From an archaeon (GTDB lineage Archaea; AGJL01; Methanococci; Methanococcales; Methanocaldococcaceae), in NCBI GenBank assembly GCA_024278985.1, contig JAJRSC010000020.1, positions 1 through 36,327 of the forward strand: 36,327 nt of DNA, written 5' to 3'. How positions within the stretch are numbered: the first letter of the stretch is position 1; each line of letters opens with the position of its first letter. Shown here in pieces: positions 10,411-19,101 of this stretch. The notes under the pieces are model-generated. The model saw only the letters and a list, made by a program, of their open reading frames with translations. It made no database searches and had not been told where the DNA came from. The translations under genes were made by a program, and so were the position numbers.

Positions 10411-10980
10411 TCATTTCTTTGTTATTAATAAAACATAAAGTTCTTCAAAAGGTATTTTTTCTTTTTCTATTATTCTTACCTTAAAACCTTTATTTTTAAA
10501 CATTTGTGTAACATCTTCTAAGTTAGTTAATGAGCTTATAACAATTAATATTTTTCCATCTTCTTTTAAATACTTATCAACCTTTTCAATAAATCTTTTT
10601 AAAACATCTTTTCCTTCAGGTCCTCCATCAAAAGCATAATTTATATATCCATCTATTCTATCATTTTCATCAGTTGGTAAATAAGGAGGATTAAATAAAA
10701 TAAAATCAAATTTTTTATTTACTTTTTCAAATAAATCACTTTCTACAACATCAATATTAACATTGTATAACTTAGCATTTTCTTTTGCCAACTTTACGGC
10801 TTTAGGATTTATATCTGTTGCTAAAACTCTTCCTCCTTTTTTTGCTACCTCAATAGCAATAATTCCTGTTCCTGTCCCAATCTCTAAAACTTCCTTATCT
10901 TTAAAATCAAAATGTTTTAATGCCCTAATTAGTAAATAACTATCTTCTGCTGGTTCATAAACATCTTTATCTAACTTCAT
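10411..10980 (-). CDS. HemK2/Mtq2-family protein methyltransferase
   Basis: VYEPAEDS, LEIGTGTG, FNPPYLP, DGG. Confidence 0.9.
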   Translation of the reverse strand: MKLDKDVYEPAEDSYLLIRALKHFDFKDKEVLEIGTGTGIIAIEVAKKGGRVLATDINPKAVKLAKENAKLYNVNIDVVESDLFEKVNKKFDFILFNPPYLPTDENDRIDGYINYAFDGGPEGKDVLKRFIEKVDKYLKEDGKILIVISSLTNLEDVTQMFKNKGFKVRIIEKEKIPFEELYVLLITKK

Positions 10981-11828
10981 TCTCTCAACATCTCTCCTAA
11001 TCTTCTTCCTAACTCCTTAGCTTTATTTATATCATCTAAGGAGCACTTTATTTTATCTTCTAATTCTTTATATTCATCATTAGCAACACCAACCTTTAAA
11101 TGTAAATATCCATCTCTATATTCTCCATAAGCACCAAAAGGAACAGAACATCCAGAACCAAAAACATTTAAAGCAGTTCTTTCAGCTAAACATTCTAAAT
11201 ATGTTTTTTTATGGTTTATTTTTTGAAGAATATTTTTTATTGTTTGATTATCTTTTTTGTAGGCAATGGCAATAACTCCCTGAGCAGGTGCAGGAAGTAT
11301 TGGGAGAGGTATATAATCAAAATCTAACTCTATATTTAGCCTTTTAATACTTACTTCAGATAATACAATTGCATCATATTCCCCTGATTTTAATTTTTTT
11401 AGTCTTGTATCTACATTTCCTCTTAGTAATTTAAATTTTGCATTAGGATAGATTAATTTTAAAAAAGCTCTTCTTCTAATACTTGATGTTCCTATGGTTA
11501 AATTATCTTTTATTTCTCTATATATCAATAAATCTTTATATCCATCTCTTTTTAGAACCACATAATCTAAATTTTTATTCCAAATTGTAGGAATATCTTT
11601 TAAACTATGAACAGCAATATCGATATTATTATTTAAAAGAGCTATATCTAACTCTTTAGTAAAAACTCCAATTCCTATATCCGATATTTTTTTATTTTGA
11701 ACTTTATCTCCTGTTGTTTTAATTATTTTTATCTTACTTTCAATACCTATCTTTTTTAATTCTTCAGCAACTTTTTCGGCTTGATATAAAGCTAATTTAC
11801 TCCCTCTTGTTCCAATAGTTATTTCCAT
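10977..11828 (-). CDS. hemC: Porphobilinogen deaminase
   Basis: GTRGSKLA, GVFTKELD, AVHSLKD, GTSSIRR, RGNVDTRL, GCSVP. Confidence 0.96.
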   Translation of the reverse strand: MEITIGTRGSKLALYQAEKVAEELKKIGIESKIKIIKTTGDKVQNKKISDIGIGVFTKELDIALLNNNIDIAVHSLKDIPTIWNKNLDYVVLKRDGYKDLLIYREIKDNLTIGTSSIRRRAFLKLIYPNAKFKLLRGNVDTRLKKLKSGEYDAIVLSEVSIKRLNIELDFDYIPLPILPAPAQGVIAIAYKKDNQTIKNILQKINHKKTYLECLAERTALNVFGSGCSVPFGAYGEYRDGYLHLKVGVANDEYKELEDKIKCSLDDINKAKELGRRLGEMLRE

Positions 11829-11830
11829 TA

Positions 11831-12316
11831 TTATCCCTTAAAGTTCCAAATTTCATCTCCAACATAATGAATATTTTTTATAGCCTTTCCCTTATCTTTT
11901 TCAACCATATCCTTCCCAGAAATTAAGGCTATCCCTACACATATTGGTTTATTATGTTTTTCATCAACAACTACAACAACATCACCCTCCTCTATATTTT
12001 CATCCGCATTAACAATTCCAGGGGCCATAACATCAGCACCATTTATTAAATACTTTATTGCCCCCATATCTACTACTACCTTTTTAAAATTGGCTGGAAA
12101 TTTTGTTAAAAGGTTAATAGTTGGAAATACTTTATCCTCCATAATAATAGCAATTGGTATTTTATCAACTAATAAAAGAACTTTATTTTCTGTTATAACC
12201 TTTTCAATACCCTTTTTTGGAATAATTTTATTAATATCTTCAAATATATGACTTAGCTGATTTTTAATTTCTTTTATTTCTTTCTTACTTAGGAAGTATC
12301 TCTTTTTTATCTTCAT
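11831..12316 (-). CDS. PUA-domain RNA-binding protein (MCT-1/Tma20-like)
   Basis: VVDMGAIKYLINGADVMAPGI and HYVGD.IW. Start ATG 12316 follows a GAGGTG RBS. Confidence 0.88.
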   Translation of the reverse strand: MKIKKRYFLSKKEIKEIKNQLSHIFEDINKIIPKKGIEKVITENKVLLLVDKIPIAIIMEDKVFPTINLLTKFPANFKKVVVDMGAIKYLINGADVMAPGIVNADENIEEGDVVVVVDEKHNKPICVGIALISGKDMVEKDKGKAIKNIHYVGDEIWNFKG

Positions 12317-13262
12317 ACTCCACCTCTTTAGCAATACTTACTGAAACTCCTTTTTTAGTTATCTTATTTAAAAGAAGTTCTCCTCTATTTTTAGAAAGTT
12401 TTTCCACACCTAACAAAGCAACTGGCTCTGAGACCCCATAACAACCTATTGACCTATAAACAAACTCAGATTTTTTTAGATTGTATCTATTAAAAATATT
12501 ATTAATTTCTTCACAACTAAAAAATAATAACTTTTTATTAAATTTTTCATTGATAACTTTTAATAAATTTTTTTCATCTTTTTTTAACTCCACTGTTGCA
12601 AAGGCATTAACTCTCCATAAATATAAATTTCTTAAAAATAAGGCCTTTTTAATAAGCCAATATATATTATAACTCTTCTCTCCTTTTCTACATCCAACAC
12701 CAACGACAATTTTTAAAGGTTTTAACTTAATATTATCAACTTTAACATAATCTTTATCATGGTAGTTTATATTATAACCATTAATTTTTATATTCCAACC
12801 TTTTGGGAGATATAAATCAATATTTTCATATAAAATTTTTTTGTTAATTCTTAGAATATCTTTTCTTTTAGGTTTCTCTAAAAAAAGTATGTTGGTTAGT
12901 ACATCTAACCCTATTTTATTATAAACATCTGTTGCAGTTGTATATATGACAGTCCCATTTAAAAATCTTGCTAAAAGATTGGCAAAATAAGTTCCACCAC
13001 CTAAATGACTTGACAATAAAGGAATAATTTCCATTTGTCTATTTACAACAATAACAAAAGGGTCCTTATATTTATCATTGATAATTTCATTTATATATTT
13101 CCTTAAAAAAATCCCTGTAGCACCAATAAAAATATATCCTCTGTCATTTTCTAATTTAAAATCTTTTATATGTTCTATTTTAGAAGGATAGTGAAAAAAG
13201 TCTAAAATCTTTTTTATCTTTTCTGCAATGTCTTTATCAACTATATATATAATCTTAATCAT
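12285..13262 (-). CDS. cbiG: Cobalt-precorrin-5A hydrolase
   Basis: IFIGATGI, DP.VIVV, LLSSHLGG, TTATD, VGVGCRKG, GVSEP. Confidence 0.9.
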   Translation of the reverse strand: MIKIIYIVDKDIAEKIKKILDFFHYPSKIEHIKDFKLENDRGYIFIGATGIFLRKYINEIINDKYKDPFVIVVNRQMEIIPLLSSHLGGGTYFANLLARFLNGTVIYTTATDVYNKIGLDVLTNILFLEKPKRKDILRINKKILYENIDLYLPKGWNIKINGYNINYHDKDYVKVDNIKLKPLKIVVGVGCRKGEKSYNIYWLIKKALFLRNLYLWRVNAFATVELKKDEKNLLKVINEKFNKKLLFFSCEEINNIFNRYNLKKSEFVYRSIGCYGVSEPVALLGVEKLSKNRGELLLNKITKKGVSVSIAKEVEYEDKKEILPK

Positions 13263-13306
13263 CCTATCATTTAAATTTTTTAATATATGTTGTAATTAAA
13301 AAATAA

Positions 13307-13381
13307 TGCTCCGGCCGGGATTTGAACCCGGGTCGCGGGCTCGAAAGGCCCGCATGATTGGCCGGGCTACACCACCGGAGC
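13307..13381 (-). tRNA. tRNA-Glu(TTC), CCA not encoded
   Basis: Reverse complement GCTCCGGTGGTGTAGCCCGGCCAATCATGCGGGCCTTTCGAGCCCGCGACCCGGGTTCAAATCCCGGCCGGAGCA. Confidence 0.96.
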
Positions 13382-13392
13382 ATAAAAAATAG

Positions 13393-13467
13393 TGGGCCCG
13401 AAGGGATTTGAACCCTTGACCACTCGGTTATGAGCCGAGCGCTCTGACCAGGCTGAGCTACGGGCCC
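13393..13467 (-). tRNA. tRNA with CAT anticodon, probably tRNA-Ile2 (agmatidine-modified); CCA not encoded
   Basis: Reverse complement GGGCCCGTAGCTCAGCCTGGTCAGAGCGCTCGGCTCATAACCGAGTGGTCAAGGGTTCAAATCCCTTCGGGCCCA. The GGGCCC acceptor stem is Ile-type, and the A1-U72 pair of the archaeal initiator is absent. Confidence 0.88.
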
Positions 13468-13490
13468 AAAAAAATAAAAAAGTAAAAAAT

Positions 13491-13566
13491 TGGCGCCCCC
13501 AGCAGGACTCGAACCTGCGACCTACGGATTAACAGTCCGTCGCTCTACCAACTGAGCTATGGGGGC
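13491..13566 (-). tRNA. tRNA-Asn(GTT), CCA encoded
   Basis: Reverse complement GCCCCCATAGCTCAGTTGGTAGAGCGACGGACTGTTAATCCGTAGGTCGCAGGTTCGAGTCCTGCTGGGGGCGCCA. Confidence 0.96.
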
Positions 13567-13573
13567 ACGTAAT

Positions 13574-13650
13574 TGGTGCCGCGGGGGTGATTTGAACACC
13601 CGACAACGGGATCTTCAGTCCCGCGTTCTCCCAGGCTGAACTACCGCGGC
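13574..13650 (-). tRNA. tRNA-Phe(GAA), CCA encoded
   Basis: Reverse complement GCCGCGGTAGTTCAGCCTGGGAGAACGCGGGACTGAAGATCCCGTTGTCGGGTGTTCAAATCACCCCCGCGGCACCA. Confidence 0.96.
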
Positions 13651-13680
13651 ACAAGCAATAAATTAAAATAGTAGAAGAGA

Positions 13681-13695
13681 TATATATACTTTTCG
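13681..13695 (-). promoter_or_regulatory. BRE-TATA promoter of the tRNA operon
   Basis: Minus strand CGAAAAG-TATATATA, 30 bp upstream of tRNA-Phe. Confidence 0.75.
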
Positions 13696-13713
13696 ATAAT
13701 TCATTAATTTAAA

Positions 13714-14472
13714 TTATTCATTTTTATTTTTTTTCTCTTTATTAGATTCCAACTCTTTTTTTGCCTTATCAACTAACTCTAAAATCTTTTTAATATCTAC
13801 TTTCTTAAACTGTTGAGTTTTAGTATCTATAATACATGCATCAATATTTTCTGCTTTAATTTCTTCATTTGCTTTAACTAATGATTTTATAGCAAGATAT
13901 AATGCATCATCTAAAGTAAGGTTATCATTATACTCTTTTTCTAAAAGTTCCATAACTACTGGCCTACCACTACCTATTGCAGTTGCCTTATATTCTATCA
14001 ATGCTCCACTTGGGTCAGTTTCAAATAATCTTGAAGTATTTTTATCTAATCCAGCAATTAATAAAGAGACACCAAAAGGTCTAACTCCTCCATGTTGTGT
14101 ATATGCCTGTTTAATATCACAGATTTTTTTAGCTAACAACTCTATAGGTATCTCTTCTCCGTATGATAATCTATATATTTGTGCTTCTAATCTTGCTCTA
14201 TCAATTAATACTCTTGCATCAGCAACAAGTCCAGAAGTTGCTGCAGCAACATGGTCATCTATTTGGAAAATTTTTTCTATTGACTCTATTTTTACCAATC
14301 TACTTGTAACTCTTCTATCAACTGCCAAGACTACTCCTTCTTTACATGTTATACCTACTGCAGTTGTACCTCTTCTAACAGCTTCTCTTGCATATTCAAC
14401 TTGATATAATCTACCTTCAGGACTAAATACAGTTATTGCTCTATCATAAGCTGTTGGAGGAACCATTTGCAT
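13714..14472 (-). CDS. psmA: Proteasome alpha subunit
   Basis: [32 protein letters not shown]. Confidence 0.97.
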   Translation of the reverse strand: MQMVPPTAYDRAITVFSPEGRLYQVEYAREAVRRGTTAVGITCKEGVVLAVDRRVTSRLVKIESIEKIFQIDDHVAAATSGLVADARVLIDRARLEAQIYRLSYGEEIPIELLAKKICDIKQAYTQHGGVRPFGVSLLIAGLDKNTSRLFETDPSGALIEYKATAIGSGRPVVMELLEKEYNDNLTLDDALYLAIKSLVKANEEIKAENIDACIIDTKTQQFKKVDIKKILELVDKAKKELESNKEKKNKNE

Positions 14473-14647
14473 TATATCACCATTAATTAATTTTTTATTA
14501 TATTAAGAGTTTTTTAGTATTAAATACTTTATCTAAACTAATATTTTGTATTCCTTAAACATATTTCCAAGTTTATATATAATGTTTAAATTTAATGTTT
14601 CTAATTATATGCTTATGTATATTATTGACACTAAAATACACAAAACA

Positions 14648-14680
14648 GAAAATTATATATATTTTATCACATATGTGATA
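14648..14680 (+). promoter_or_regulatory. TATA box followed by a perfect 16-bp palindrome (candidate operator)
   Basis: GAAAATTATATAT (14648-14660), then TATCACATATGTGATA (14665-14680). Confidence 0.55.
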
Positions 14681-14709
14681 TAATTGAAAAAAATAAAGAG
14701 GTGAAAAAT

Positions 14710-15021
14710 ATGTTTGGATGGGGAAGAAGTTTTGGTAGAGGTAGAGGATTTTGGAGATACTTCCCAGTTGCAACAGTAGGAGGCAGATACAGATATGTAG
14801 GTCCATGTAGATGTGGTTTTGGACCACATGCATTTTATGTTGATGAAAGAACTGGAGCTTTAGTTCATGCATGGGATATATATAGAGGAGCTCCAGATGT
14901 TTATATAGATGAAAAAAGATATTTAGAAGAGACTATAAAAGAATTAGAAGAAGAAAAAAGAATGTTAGAGGAAGAATTAGCAAGAATTAAAAAAAGATTA
15001 GAAGAACTAAAAAAAGATTAA
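14710..15021 (+). CDS. Small Gly/Arg-rich protein with CxC..H motif and C-terminal coiled coil (DUF5320-like)
   Basis: GAGGTGA RBS then ATG 14710. GRSFGRGRG, GPCRCGFGPHAFY, EKRYLEETIKELEEEKRMLEEELARIKKRLEEL. Confidence 0.7.
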   Translation: MFGWGRSFGRGRGFWRYFPVATVGGRYRYVGPCRCGFGPHAFYVDERTGALVHAWDIYRGAPDVYIDEKRYLEETIKELEEEKRMLEEELARIKKRLEELKKD

Positions 15022-15029
15022 GTGGTAAA

Positions 15030-15227
15030 ATGGATATGAAAAAATTTTTATGTGCAAAATGTCAAAAGGTTATTGAAGTTCCTTATGGAGTTCCAAAACC
15101 AGAAGTTTGTCCCTACTGTGGAGCACCAGAAACATTTATCCATAGAATAGATGCTGGTGGTAGAGGTTTAGGAAAAGGGAGAGGTAGAAGATGTGGAATG
15201 AGAATGATGCATGATTTTAGAGAATAA
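15030..15227 (+). CDS. Small Zn-ribbon/rubredoxin-like protein with Gly/Arg tail
   Basis: CAKC...EVPYG...CPYCGA...IHR followed by GGRGLGKGRGRRCG. Confidence 0.75.
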   Translation: MDMKKFLCAKCQKVIEVPYGVPKPEVCPYCGAPETFIHRIDAGGRGLGKGRGRRCGMRMMHDFRE

Positions 15228-15234
15228 CTCCCCA

Positions 15235-15316
15235 TTTTTTTCTTTTTTATTTTTTAAAATCATAAAAATATCCTTTTTTAAATTATAAAGAAAAAAATAA
15301 AAAGAGAATAAAAAAA
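15235..15316. terminator. Bidirectional oligo-T terminator region between convergent genes
   Basis: T tracts at 15235-15255 on + and A tracts at 15291-15316 (T on -). Confidence 0.5.
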
Positions 15317-15317
15317 T

Positions 15318-16481
15318 TTATTCTTTAATCATATCAACAGCTTTTAATCCAATTTCAGCAACATCTTTTGGTAATCCAACATATCCAGGAGCTAAGTATT
15401 CTGGTTTTTGACCTTCTGTTAAAATCCATTTTAAGAAGTCTTTAATAGCTTTAGCTTTTTCTGGAGTATAGTGCTTACCATTTTTATTTTCCCAAACTAA
15501 CAAGTGGGTAAATGCAACAATTGGATAGGAATCTTTTCCTGGAGCATCTAACATTTGTTTTAAATCTTCTTTATATCCTTCTGTTGGGTCTGGAATATTT
15601 GCTTTAACAGCTGAAACAGCTGCCTTTATACTTTTATCATTAGGAACTACATAGTTTCCTTCTTTATTTTCTAAAGCAGCAACTGGTAATTTATCATTAA
15701 TAGCATAAGATAATTCTGTATAGGCAATTGAATATGGAGTTGATTTTAATATTGCAACAACTCCTGTATTTCCTTTTCCAGCAAGCCCTCTTCCCATTTT
15801 GTCTACTGGCCAATTAACTAATTTTCCAGCTCCAACTTTTTCAGCCCATTCTTTGGATATTAAACTTAAGTATGTGGTAAATATTGCTGTTGTACCACTT
15901 GCATCACTTCTATGGATAACAATAATTTTTTTATGAGGTAATTTATCTGCAACATCTGGATTTAATTTTTTAATTCTTTCATCATCCCAGTACTCTATCT
16001 TTCCTAAGAATATATCTGCTAAGACATCTCTACTTAATTTTAAAGTTTTATCTCCTAATTCTGGAACATTGTAAGTTACAACAACAGCACCAACAATTTC
16101 AGGGAATTGTAATGGTTGGTCTCCTGTAGCTAAGAATTTTTTCCACATACTTTCTTTTACAGGTGGGTCAGTTCTTCCAATATCAGTTAATCCTTTTAAG
16201 AATGCTTCTTGTCCGTGTCCTGAACCTCCACCTTCATATTCTATCTTAACATTAGGGTTTATTTTTTGATACTCTTCAATCCATTTTTGAATTTGATATT
16301 TTGGAAATGTAGCTCCTGTAGTTCTAATAACTATAACTTTACTTTGTTCTTGACCTTGAGTTTGAGGTTGATTTACTTCAGAATTTTGACTTTGAGACTG
16401 GCTACCACCAACACATCCAGCTAAAGTTATTATCGGAACAATCATAACTAGGGCCAACACAATTGCAAGAATTTTTTTCAT
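15318..16481 (-). CDS. pstS: Phosphate ABC transporter substrate-binding lipoprotein
   Basis: LAGC lipobox, TTGATFP, GGGSGHG, GRTDPP, HRSDASGTT, GKGN.GV, YPIVAFT. Confidence 0.95.
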   Translation of the reverse strand: MKKILAIVLALVMIVPIITLAGCVGGSQSQSQNSEVNQPQTQGQEQSKVIVIRTTGATFPKYQIQKWIEEYQKINPNVKIEYEGGGSGHGQEAFLKGLTDIGRTDPPVKESMWKKFLATGDQPLQFPEIVGAVVVTYNVPELGDKTLKLSRDVLADIFLGKIEYWDDERIKKLNPDVADKLPHKKIIVIHRSDASGTTAIFTTYLSLISKEWAEKVGAGKLVNWPVDKMGRGLAGKGNTGVVAILKSTPYSIAYTELSYAINDKLPVAALENKEGNYVVPNDKSIKAAVSAVKANIPDPTEGYKEDLKQMLDAPGKDSYPIVAFTHLLVWENKNGKHYTPEKAKAIKDFLKWILTEGQKPEYLAPGYVGLPKDVAEIGLKAVDMIKE

Positions 16482-16523
16482 TAAATCACCTAAATAATTC
16501 TAATTATATGAACAATAATAATT

Positions 16524-16560
16524 TAAATAGAAACTGAAGTATATAAAATTTACTATTTAG
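16524..16560 (-). promoter_or_regulatory. pstS promoter: CTAAATAG-N5-TTTATATA with an inverted CTATTTA copy downstream
   Basis: Minus strand CTAAATAG TAAAT TTTATATA CTTCAGTTT CTATTTA. Confidence 0.6.
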
Positions 16561-16661
16561 GATTAAATTTCATATTTTATGAACTACAAATAAAATATAA
16601 GAAAGATTATTATTTATTTAAACTATTAAATTATTAAGTATAACATTATGAGGTTTAAATT

Positions 16662-16871
16662 ATGAAAATATTAGCTAAAAGAGGACAAATTAGTATGGAG
16701 TTTGCCATTTTGTTAGCAGCAGTTGTTGCAGCAGTTTCACTATTAGGATTTTACTATTTAAAATCAATAACTACAACAGCAAAAACTACTCAAGAAACAC
16801 AAACAAATACATCTTTAATTGTCCAAAATAAATATTTAGAAATATCTGAAAAAGCAAAAGAGGTTACTTAA
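16662..16871 (+). CDS. Class III signal peptide (pilin-like) small protein
   Basis: KRG/QISMEF cleavage motif (Q+1, E+5), hydrophobic helix, GFYYLKS. Confidence 0.88.
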   Translation: MKILAKRGQISMEFAILLAAVVAAVSLLGFYYLKSITTTAKTTQETQTNTSLIVQNKYLEISEKAKEVT

Positions 16872-16874
16872 TAA

Positions 16875-17336
16875 ATGAGATTAGATGAAAAAAAATATTT
16901 AATTAACTTTATTATCCTCTTTTTTATAATTTATTTAATATTAAAAGTCTTTGAAAATTATATTTCCATAATTATATCAAAAATTGTCTCTTTTTTATTA
17001 AACATCTCTTATAAAGGTAGTATATTATACTACAATAGTACAATATTTTATATTTCATCTGCATGTACTTGTACATTTGAGATATCTTTATTTTTAGCTT
17101 ATATCTTTGCTACACCAAAAGTTAATTTAAAATTTAAAATCATCTATTCAATATTTGGTTTAGGTCTTATAAATCTTGCAAATATTATAAGAATAATTTT
17201 GATTATAAAGTATAGCCAGATATTTAACTATTGGTTTGTTCATGATACTATAAGTTTTATAATATTTGTTGTTGCTATATTTCTTAATCTTGGTTGGGTT
17301 ATAACTTTAAAAAAGTTAGGAGTAGTAAAGGGATAA
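16875..17336 (+). CDS. artD: Archaeosortase-family protein, probably archaeosortase D
   Basis: Multi-TM protein with ACTC (Cys), N..N.IRI (Arg) and VHD (His). Directly follows a class III signal peptide gene, as in the known ArtD cassette. Confidence 0.72.
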   Translation: MRLDEKKYLINFIILFFIIYLILKVFENYISIIISKIVSFLLNISYKGSILYYNSTIFYISSACTCTFEISLFLAYIFATPKVNLKFKIIYSIFGLGLINLANIIRIILIIKYSQIFNYWFVHDTISFIIFVVAIFLNLGWVITLKKLGVVKG

Positions 17337-17338
17337 AT

Positions 17339-18502
17339 ATGATTATTGAAAAAGAAAAAAAATATCATTTACAGGTTTATAAAAGATATCCTGTTGTATT
17401 TGTTAAGGGTAAAGGAGTTAAATTGTATAATATAAATAATAAGGAATATATTGATTTCTTGGCGGGGATAGGGGTAGTTAATGCAGGACACTGTAATGAA
17501 AAAATTAATGAAGCAATAAAAAATCAGTTAGATAAATTAATTCATGTGTCTAATTTATTCTACACCATTCCACAAATAGATTTAGCTGAAAAGTTAGTTA
17601 ATTTAAGTGGTTTAGATAAAGCATTTTTTTGTAATTCAGGGACTGAGGCAAATGAAGGAGCTATAAAATTTATTAGAAAATATGGTAAAAAAAATAACAA
17701 AGAGAAAATCATAAGTTTTTATAATGCATTCCATGGAAGAACTTATGGTTCATTATCAGCAACTCCAAAAAAAAGTATTAGAGAAGGTTTTGAGCCATTT
17801 CTTCAAAATTTTGAGTTTCTACCGTATAACGATGTAGAGGCAGTTAAAAATCTTGATAATAATGTGGCTGGAGTTATTGTTGAAGTTATCCAGGGAGAGG
17901 GAGGAGTTAATGTTGCAACTGAGGAATTTATTAAAACATTAAGAGATATATGTGAAGATAAAAATATTTTATTAGCTATAGATGAAGTTCAAACAGGAAT
18001 TGGTAGAACAGGCAAATTTTTTGGATTTGAGCATTATAATATTGAGCCAGACATTATTACATTGGCTAAAGCATTGGGTAATGGACTACCAATAGGAGCA
18101 ATACTTTTAAAGGAAGAGATAGAGAAGTATATTAATTATGGAGACCATGGAACAACTTTTGGGGGGAATCCCTTAGTTTGCTCAGCTGCTTTGTCAACTA
18201 TAGAGGTAATTAGTGAAATTATAAAAAATAACAAGGTTATAGATAAGGGTAAATACTTTATAAAAAAATTAAATACTTTAAACTATGATTTTATAAAAGA
18301 TATTAGAGGAAAAGGATTAATGATAGGTATTGAGTTGAATTTTGAAGGTAATGGGATAGTTAATGAAATGCTAAAGAGAGGTTTTATTATTAACTGTACT
18401 GCTGAGAAAGTTTTAAGATTTTTACCTCCATTAATAATTGAAAAAGAAGAAATTAATAAACTGGTTAATAATCTAAATGAGGTATTTGAGGGTTTAAAAT
18501 GA
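17339..18502 (+). CDS. argD: Acetylornithine aminotransferase
   Basis: DFLAGIGV..GH, CNSGTEANE, FHGRT, IQGEGG, DEVQTG.GRTG, LAKALGNG, HGTTFGGNP. Start at ATG 17339. Confidence 0.93.
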   Translation: MIIEKEKKYHLQVYKRYPVVFVKGKGVKLYNINNKEYIDFLAGIGVVNAGHCNEKINEAIKNQLDKLIHVSNLFYTIPQIDLAEKLVNLSGLDKAFFCNSGTEANEGAIKFIRKYGKKNNKEKIISFYNAFHGRTYGSLSATPKKSIREGFEPFLQNFEFLPYNDVEAVKNLDNNVAGVIVEVIQGEGGVNVATEEFIKTLRDICEDKNILLAIDEVQTGIGRTGKFFGFEHYNIEPDIITLAKALGNGLPIGAILLKEEIEKYINYGDHGTTFGGNPLVCSAALSTIEVISEIIKNNKVIDKGKYFIKKLNTLNYDFIKDIRGKGLMIGIELNFEGNGIVNEMLKRGFIINCTAEKVLRFLPPLIIEKEEINKLVNNLNEVFEGLK

Positions 18503-19101
18503 TTGAGTATTTAGTTGAATTTTTAAAAAAGAAGGATGAGACAAGAGAGGAGATGATTAAATTAGCAAGAGAAATAAATAAGGATTGTGCATTATTAATA
18601 AGGCATATCCATAAATATAATAATAAGGAAGATTTCAAAAATAAACTGGAAGAAATATCTAAAAAAATAAAACAACTTAACAGCTTAGCAAGATATCCAG
18701 AATTTGTGAAATACTTAGAAACTCCTCAACAGGAGTTTATTGAGGCATATACATTATATAAAATAAAATTTTTTAATGAGATTCCTAAATTTGAAGAATT
18801 TGATTTTATTAGGGAAGAAAACTATATTTTAGGACTGGCAGATGTTGTTGGAGAATTAAGAAGAGAAGTTTTAGAGGCTATGAAAGAGGATAATGTTAAA
18901 GAAGTAGAAAGATACTACAAATTTATGGAAGACATTTATGATTTTTTAATGAACTTTGACTATTATCATGTTGTTGATAATTTAAGAAGGAAACAAGATA
19001 TTTGTAGGGGAATATTAGAAAAAACTCATGGAGATATTGTTAATTTCCTTGAAAATTTAAAGCTTAGAGAAGAGTTAAGATTCTATAGAAAATCTCAATA
19101 A
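18499..19101 (+). CDS. Translin/Trax-like protein
   Basis: REE.IK..R.I, QQEFIEA, YILGLADVVGELRR, LRRKQD. Confidence 0.85.
   Translation: MIEYLVEFLKKKDETREEMIKLAREINKDCALLIRHIHKYNNKEDFKNKLEEISKKIKQLNSLARYPEFVKYLETPQQEFIEAYTLYKIKFFNEIPKFEEFDFIREENYILGLADVVGELRREVLEAMKEDNVKEVERYYKFMEDIYDFLMNFDYYHVVDNLRRKQDICRGILEKTHGDIVNFLENLKLREELRFYRKSQ

Noticed and set aside
13263-13306. Possible integration site at the 3' end of tRNA-Glu
   Set aside because: No integrase, no duplicated tRNA end and a housekeeping gene (cbiG) follows immediately.
16572-16598. Inverted repeat ATATTTTAT-N9-ATAAAATAT between pstS and the pilin gene
   Set aside because: AT-only, and no second copy was noticed; not distinguishable from chance.
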